The notes under the pieces were generated by a model. That model was not told where the DNA came from. It did no database searches and saw nothing but the letters and a program-made list of their open reading frames with translations. Shown piece after piece: positions 26,455-32,000 of a stretch of 32,000 bases of DNA. The stretch is from Candidatus Kuenenia stuttgartensis (lineage in GTDB: Bacteria; Planctomycetota; Brocadiia; Brocadiales; Brocadiaceae). The stretch spans positions 3,120,001-3,152,000 of the forward strand of contig NZ_LT934425.1 of the NCBI RefSeq assembly GCF_900232105.1. Direction: 5' to 3'. How positions within the stretch are numbered: the first letter of the stretch is position 1; each line of letters begins with the position of its first letter. The position numbers and the translations under genes are program-made.

Positions 26455-27636
26455 ATGGAAATAATAATAGAACAAACACGGGAAACGCCCGTCGGCAAAT
26501 CTTCGGTAGAGATTGTGGAACGTAAGGGCATAGGACATCCTGACACACTTTGCGACGGCGCAGCAGAAGAGTTAAGCAAGGCCTTTTCAAAATACTATTT
26601 GGAGCATTTTGGAAGAATCCTGCACCATAATGTCGATAAATGTCTTCTGGTGGGCGGATGCGCTGAAGTCTCTTTCGGAGGCGGCAGGGTAACCGTTCCT
26701 ATGAAATTAATTATGGCAGGCCGCGCCACTGAATATGCCGGAAATAGCAAAATACCACTGGAAGAAATTGCAAAAGAAACCATTTATGCGTGGCTAAGGA
26801 ATCGCATGCGATTCCTGGAACCGGAGAAGAATGTTGTCATTGATATGCAGACAAGAACAGGAAGCGCAGATTTACGGGCAACCTATGATAGTACGCAGCT
26901 TTCGGCAAACGATACTTCGGTTGGCGTAGGGTTTTCACCAATGACGGAACTGGAATCCATTGTGTATTCCACCGAACAATTTCTCAATTCTGCAGAAACA
27001 AAACGCAATTACCCCATGGTCGGCGAAGATATTAAAATTATGGGGATCAGATTAAACGATCAAATAAATCTTACTATTGCCATTGCCTTTGTAGCCCGAT
27101 TCATTTCATCAAAAGAAGAATACCTCAAAATCAAACGTCTTCTCGCAGAATACATCGATGCATTTATTAAAAAACATACCTCAAAAAGAATCACCAGTGT
27201 CATCAACGCCGCAGATGATGCAGAGAGGAATATTTACTACCTGACCGTTACAGGTACAAGCGCGGAGTGCGGAGACGACGGACAGGTAGGAAGGGGAAAC
27301 AGGGTAAACGGCCTTATTACCCCCTATCGTCCTATGACGATGGAAGCGACTGCGGGGAAAAACCCTGTTACCCATACAGGAAAATTATACAATATAGCCG
27401 CGCATGAAATATCCAGGGAACTTACACAGAATGCGGATATTCACAATGCAGAATGCTATCTGGTGAGCCAGATAGGAAAACCTATTACCGAACCGCAAAT
27501 TGTGCACATAAAAATACATTCCTCCATTACCAGAGAGTCCCTGGAAGACATATGCACAAATATTGCAAAGAAACATCTCCACCTGATACCGCAATTGTGG
27601 GAGAGTATTTTAGAACAACGTTTTACCCTCTTTTAA
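26455..27636 (+). CDS. Archaeal-type S-adenosylmethionine synthetase
   Basis: MEIIIEQTRETPVGKSSVEIVERKGIGHPDTLCDGAAEELSKAF...SADDGQVGRGNR-like ECGDDGQVGRGNRVNGLITPYRPMTMEATAGKNPVTHTGKLYN; ATG at 26455 fits this family better than the track start at 26389. Confidence 0.92.
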   Translation: MEIIIEQTRETPVGKSSVEIVERKGIGHPDTLCDGAAEELSKAFSKYYLEHFGRILHHNVDKCLLVGGCAEVSFGGGRVTVPMKLIMAGRATEYAGNSKIPLEEIAKETIYAWLRNRMRFLEPEKNVVIDMQTRTGSADLRATYDSTQLSANDTSVGVGFSPMTELESIVYSTEQFLNSAETKRNYPMVGEDIKIMGIRLNDQINLTIAIAFVARFISSKEEYLKIKRLLAEYIDAFIKKHTSKRITSVINAADDAERNIYYLTVTGTSAECGDDGQVGRGNRVNGLITPYRPMTMEATAGKNPVTHTGKLYNIAAHEISRELTQNADIHNAECYLVSQIGKPITEPQIVHIKIHSSITRESLEDICTNIAKKHLHLIPQLWESILEQRFTLF

Positions 27637-27809
27637 ATCAGGCTGCTTTTGGCAGCGACTTTATTATGTTGTTAATGTTAATGTAGAGACGCATTGCATG
27701 CGTCTTTCTGTTGTGTCGGTAAGTTCTTTTGTGTCGACATTATTATCAATCATTTAAAACAGCACATATTTTCATGGCAATTCTATTTAGCAAGGAGAAA
27801 TTTACTTAA

Positions 27810-28469
27810 ATGGCTATAAAAATAAGCTTCAATTCCGGCAGGATAAAATTCCTCATACACCTTTCGGTTTTTATCAGTGCGTTATGTTTTGTAATGAATA
27901 CAGACGCTGGAGAAAAAAAGACGGGAGAGATACATGGCACCGTAGTAGCAAAAAAGGCAAAATATAGAAAACATGCTATTGCTTATATAGAAAAGACATC
28001 TGAAACGTACGACACTCCCGTTGAACATGCCGTTATGGACCAAAAAAATATCACATTTATCCCCCATGTCCTTCCTTTATTAAAAGGTACAACGGTAGAT
28101 TTCCTGAACAGCGACGATGTACGGCACAATATCTATTCTTCTGATGATGTTGCAGATAATATGAATCTTGGCTCATGGTTTAAGGGGGAAACACGATCTT
28201 TTACTTTTAACAAAACAGGAGTGGCAACAATGCGATGTAACGTGCATAGTGATATGTTGGCTTATATTGTAGTATTGCAGAATCCGTATTTTTCCAGGGT
28301 AGACGATGAAGGCTTTTTTACAATAAACAATGTGCCGGAAGGTAAATATACTTTAAAACTTTGGACGGCGCCAAAAAGAGTCTTGTGGGGAAAATATCCT
28401 GAAGCAAAAGATATATCAATTGAAGTAACTGCGGGGGGGATTACGAAGGTTGCCTTTACAATCGAATAA
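27810..28469 (+). CDS. Secreted cupredoxin-like (plastocyanin-type) protein
   Basis: 219 aa with a signal peptide-like N-terminus; copper ligand pattern DDVRHNIYS ... GVATMRCNVHSDMLAYIVV; C-terminal DDEGFFTINNVPEGKYTLKLWTAP carboxypeptidase-regulatory-like segment. Confidence 0.8.
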   Translation: MAIKISFNSGRIKFLIHLSVFISALCFVMNTDAGEKKTGEIHGTVVAKKAKYRKHAIAYIEKTSETYDTPVEHAVMDQKNITFIPHVLPLLKGTTVDFLNSDDVRHNIYSSDDVADNMNLGSWFKGETRSFTFNKTGVATMRCNVHSDMLAYIVVLQNPYFSRVDDEGFFTINNVPEGKYTLKLWTAPKRVLWGKYPEAKDISIEVTAGGITKVAFTIE

Positions 28470-28581
28470 CCGCACAATGAAATATACACCGATAATCTTT
28501 TAGGGAGCATTTCCGAATAATCCTCTGATTTTGTGAGCCAGTGGGGTGGGGTACGGGCAATTCCACCTCCTCTGGTTTTCC

Positions 28582-31200
28582 TTAAAAGACACCCTTTGCA
28601 TTCAAATAGGGGCCATACTTTCTGTCTTCAGTAAGGATATGGTCAATAATCCAATCTTTAAACAAATCCAGCGCCTCCATATTCATCTCCATGTCTTCAT
28701 TACTGATTTGCTTTTTTATTTTCATTATATCTTCTATCAGCCTCTGATGTTTCATTCGATGGGATTCATAATCATTATAGTAGTGTTCTCTTAATAAGTT
28801 TTCTTCCTCGGCAAAATGATATAAAACGAAATCAATTAAAAAACTTATTGATGCGTCTAAAATGGGAGTTTCTTTTTTTGAATCGATTGCTTCGCAAAGT
28901 TTATTTGCCTTTGCCAGCAGCTGTTTGTGGTGGTAATCGATTTTTTGTATATTGATGCAATACTCATTTCTCCAGTAGAAAATAGGTAGGCTGTTGAGGG
29001 TTGGGTCTAACAGATGTTTTCTTCTTTTTTTAAATGTTTCGAAAAGTTTCCATCGTATTACCGGGATATCCCTGAGTTCGTTGCCTGATATTTTACAAAT
29101 CTCAACCGGTTCCGTTGCGCGAATCTTAAACAGGCTGGGCATACCGAAAAGCATGCCTTCTTCACCGAAGAAATCGCCTTCTTCCAGGGTTTCCAATACG
29201 TCCTTTCCGATATAGATTTGCAACTTTCCCATCTTAACAACATAAAGATCGGAGCAGTTTTTATCCAAAAAGATTTCTCCTTCGGGATAGTGGTGGAAAC
29301 TCATTGCGCGCGTAAGCATAACCTGCCTTAGATATGATATGGAATAACCAAGAAGCCATGTCTTTTGCAGGAATTTTCTTTTTTCCTGTATTTTCTCAAT
29401 CCTGCCATACAGTTCATTCTTCTTTACAAACCCGATATACAATGAGTGGGGCAGTCTTAATGCCTGCACAAAACTTGCCGCACGATACGTATCTGCCGAA
29501 GGGGCATTGTTCAGAGCTGACATTTCACCAATCAAAGCGCCCGCAGACAATATGCCCTGTCTTCCCGTGCCGGCTTGTATGTGTTCTACGTTTCCGGTTA
29601 AAATTAAAAAAATATCATCCGGGATGGTTCCTCCCTTTAGCATGATCGTTTCCGGATTAAACGAAATTACCGGGTTGTTTAACAGGATTCTTACCTGATA
29701 AAGAGGCACGGAGGGGAAGTACGATTTCAGATGTTGAAAGGCATATTGGCGGGCATACTCCTGATGGGTGGGAATTAATACGTCAACCATTCCAAAAGGG
29801 GCGCCTGAGCCGATTTCTTTCTGCTGACTGGTCAATTCCGAAGAGGTATGCGATAATATAATCTTTTCCGATGTATCCTCCCGGAAATCTTCTGCTTTCC
29901 CATGAATCAATCCGCCCCCGATATCAATTTTTTTTAAGGTGACTTCTTGTAAATATTCTTTTTCTACCCGGTCATAAAACTTTTTGGAAATCCCGGAGCC
30001 TGCGTTGTCCTCTGAAATCATGCCGTTTAACGCATCAAGGTCTACGGTATCAGCATAGTGTGCATAGGTTTTATAGCCATCTTCACATAAAGCGCGAAAA
30101 ATGAATATGTTGTTTTCCACGGGGTGGGGGGAAATCATAGGGTATACCTCTAAGCCGTCAATATTATTCCAGACGTTAAACTCAAGATCGTTGACTTCAA
30201 AGTAATCGGAAAAATTTTTCTCTTCAATGGAAACCAACGCGGAGAGTTTTTTCGCGACAGAGACACGCACCAATGGAGTAGCAAAATACTTGACACGGTG
30301 ATCCGCCCGCATTAATGTAGTAAGTCCGGCAAAATGGTCATCGTGGGCGTGGGTATGGAAGATGCCTTCAATCTCGTTAACATTAATTCCTAATGCTATA
30401 AGACTATTGGCAATATTCGGTTCTGCGTCAATCAGATATACTTTCCCCTGAAACATTATAATGCTTGACATAGCAGGGCGTTTGATATCCCATCCATCGC
30501 CCTGCCCGGAGTGAATTATCGCAAAATACTCCCTCTTTATGTTGTGAAACCCAAGTGAATAGGGGGCGCTGTAGTTTTCGTGGCGGGCAAGATTCAGGTC
30601 AACCGTAATAAACTCGCCTTGGTACTGCAATTCAAAGACATTCAGGCGTAAATGTCTGATAAACACGCCATTTCGAATTTCCGTAGGCTCGTTTTTCACT
30701 ATTACGGCGTCGAGAAGATCTTTAGTTTTATGGATTTTTCCATAGGCAAATTTTAACTTTACATTCATTAATTCCTTTGCCTCGTCAGGAGACATACCGG
30801 CGTTTATTAATTCTTCTTCAGATACCAAACCGTAATTGCCTCTATATATATATTGCATTTGAGCCTCTACTTGGTCCTCTGACCCAATAAGCATTGGTTT
30901 GGCATTTGTATTATTGGGGTGATTGGGCAACATCATTCCCTGGCGGTAGAGCATCTGCATTACGGGAAATTCTGCAAGATTTGCAAATCTTCCATTTTGT
31001 ACTAACAAGTCTGACAATAAAATAGCATTAGGCCCCGATTCATACTTATCTTCCCCTACTATTCTGTTTTGGATAAACCCCTGTTTTTTTAAATGTTTTA
31101 CGGCATCCGCCGGGCAACCACACAAGATATAAACACCGGCTTCGGGTATTTCTACCCAAAAGACTCCATTCGTAATCTTGCATTTTCTTAATTTGGACAT
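28582..31200 (-). CDS. MBL-fold hydrolase + two cNMP-binding-like domains + C-terminal hemerythrin domain
   Basis: 872 aa; metallo-beta-lactamase HTHAHDDHFAG and ILSHTSSE; cNMP-binding-like GALIGEMSALNN...YRAASF and LEEGDFFGEEGMLFGMPSLFKIRATEP; hemerythrin ligand set IDYHHKQ...HFAEEE...HRMKH...HILTED. Confidence 0.88.
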   Translation of the reverse strand: MSKLRKCKITNGVFWVEIPEAGVYILCGCPADAVKHLKKQGFIQNRIVGEDKYESGPNAILLSDLLVQNGRFANLAEFPVMQMLYRQGMMLPNHPNNTNAKPMLIGSEDQVEAQMQYIYRGNYGLVSEEELINAGMSPDEAKELMNVKLKFAYGKIHKTKDLLDAVIVKNEPTEIRNGVFIRHLRLNVFELQYQGEFITVDLNLARHENYSAPYSLGFHNIKREYFAIIHSGQGDGWDIKRPAMSSIIMFQGKVYLIDAEPNIANSLIALGINVNEIEGIFHTHAHDDHFAGLTTLMRADHRVKYFATPLVRVSVAKKLSALVSIEEKNFSDYFEVNDLEFNVWNNIDGLEVYPMISPHPVENNIFIFRALCEDGYKTYAHYADTVDLDALNGMISEDNAGSGISKKFYDRVEKEYLQEVTLKKIDIGGGLIHGKAEDFREDTSEKIILSHTSSELTSQQKEIGSGAPFGMVDVLIPTHQEYARQYAFQHLKSYFPSVPLYQVRILLNNPVISFNPETIMLKGGTIPDDIFLILTGNVEHIQAGTGRQGILSAGALIGEMSALNNAPSADTYRAASFVQALRLPHSLYIGFVKKNELYGRIEKIQEKRKFLQKTWLLGYSISYLRQVMLTRAMSFHHYPEGEIFLDKNCSDLYVVKMGKLQIYIGKDVLETLEEGDFFGEEGMLFGMPSLFKIRATEPVEICKISGNELRDIPVIRWKLFETFKKRRKHLLDPTLNSLPIFYWRNEYCINIQKIDYHHKQLLAKANKLCEAIDSKKETPILDASISFLIDFVLYHFAEEENLLREHYYNDYESHRMKHQRLIEDIMKIKKQISNEDMEMNMEALDLFKDWIIDHILTEDRKYGPYLNAKGVF

Positions 31201-31286
31201 TTATAAAAACCTTCCTGCAAATACTAAAAATAGAACGTAAACTATTATAGCCAAACAAATACTGTTGCCGAAAGATGAGCAATAAA

Positions 31287-31346
31287 ATTCACTGTAAGGG
31301 GTGACACGGACAAACTTGTTTGTCCGTGTCACCCCTTACAGTGAAT
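31287..31346. repeat. 29-bp perfect inverted repeat with 2-nt loop
   Basis: ATTCACTGTAAGGGGTGACACGGACAAAC-tt-GTTTGTCCGTGTCACCCCTTACAGTGAAT. Confidence 0.92.
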
Positions 31347-31579
31347 GATAGAAGCACCATTTTGCGTGACTTTTCATAAACGCTAAAACTATACCATTGT
31401 ACCCATGGCAAGTAAATTAATTTTAAATAATTCATAACAATTTAGTACCTTATCGGTAATTTCTTTGTATTTCTTGGCAAAATATTTAATTGTGAAATCC
31501 GAAATGCTCAATATACTAGAGAGGTTCACAATTTGTGATGTATCAACTTGATACAAGGCAATTATTCCATAAGGGGCGG

Positions 31580-31604
31580 CACTGACAAGCCTTGCTTGTC
31601 AGTG
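31580..31604. repeat. 11-bp perfect hairpin related to the 31287-31346 repeat
   Basis: CACTGACAAGC-ctt-GCTTGTCAGTG just upstream of priA, preceded by TAAGGGGCGG, similar to the TAAGGGGTGACACGGACAAAC arm. Confidence 0.7.
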
Positions 31605-31642
31605 ATATAATTAGTTAACAATAAAACTCTCTTTCATCAGCG

Positions 31643-32000
31643 ATGAGCATTGCAGATAAATCATCAAAACTTCAAGATACGCCAACCGGCCAGACGCTAC
31701 AGCAATTATTTGCGGAAGTGGTTTTCAATATTCCGTTAAACAAGCTGTTTCACTACAGCGTGCCTCCGGATTTAAGGGAACTCCTCACGCCTGGTATGCG
31801 TGTAAAAGCGCCTTTTGGCAATAAGGTAATTACAGGTTTTTGCGTAGGCCTTACCACCATACCTTCCGTATATAAGACCAAAGATCTCATGGGGATACTG
31901 GATGCGTTTCCTCTGGCGGACGAGACTATGCTCAGGATTACAAAATGGCTTTCTTCCTACTATTGCTGCGGATGGGGAGAGGCGATACATGCGGTGATAC
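31643..32000 (+). CDS. priA: PriA, primosomal replication protein N' (5' end only)
   Basis: ATG at 31643; MSIADKSSKLQDTPTGQTLQQLFAEVVFNIPLNKLFHYSVPPDLRELLTPGMRVKAPFGNKVITGFCVGLTTIP...; N-terminal PriA pattern (V...PL...F.Y.VP..L...PG.RV..PFG...). Confidence 0.88.
   Translation, partial: MSIADKSSKLQDTPTGQTLQQLFAEVVFNIPLNKLFHYSVPPDLRELLTPGMRVKAPFGNKVITGFCVGLTTIPSVYKTKDLMGILDAFPLADETMLRITKWLSSYYCCGWGEAIHAVI

Noticed and set aside
1-32000. tRNA/rRNA genes
   Set aside because: I saw no convincing tRNA cloverleaf or rRNA sequence by eye; a tRNAscan-SE/Infernal run would be needed to exclude them.

Overview
The window appears to be a planctomycete/anammox-like bacterial chromosome (taxonomy is an inference only). 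It has three parts. (1) 1-14603, minus strand: a near-complete BREX type 1-like phage-defence operon, read in transcription order as brxA, brxB, pglX, [TumA/TumE-like toxin-antitoxin pair], brxC, pglZ, brxL (brxL is cut by the window edge). The usual BREX-1 order has brxC before pglX. Here pglX comes first, and a small two-gene module plus a 258-bp MITE-like element with a perfect 8-bp target-site duplication lie between pglX and brxC. This is the most interesting part. (2) 14604-16990: a gene-poor zone with four short inverted-repeat elements, three of them with perfect 8-bp direct repeats, plus gene fragments and one small Lys-rich ORF. (3) 16991-32000: mostly chromosomal genes. These are rubredoxin, a tetraheme cytochrome c, a TrxB-like reductase, a ferritin-like protein, a GAF + class III cyclase, a response regulator, a DUF4912 protein, a GH57 enzyme, Hsp20, a BCAM0308-like zinc-motif protein, a UspA-like protein, an archaeal-type S-adenosylmethionine synthetase, a cupredoxin-like protein, a large MBL + 2x cNMP-binding + hemerythrin fusion, and the 5' end of priA. 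All family assignments come from reading motifs by eye; no database search was run.
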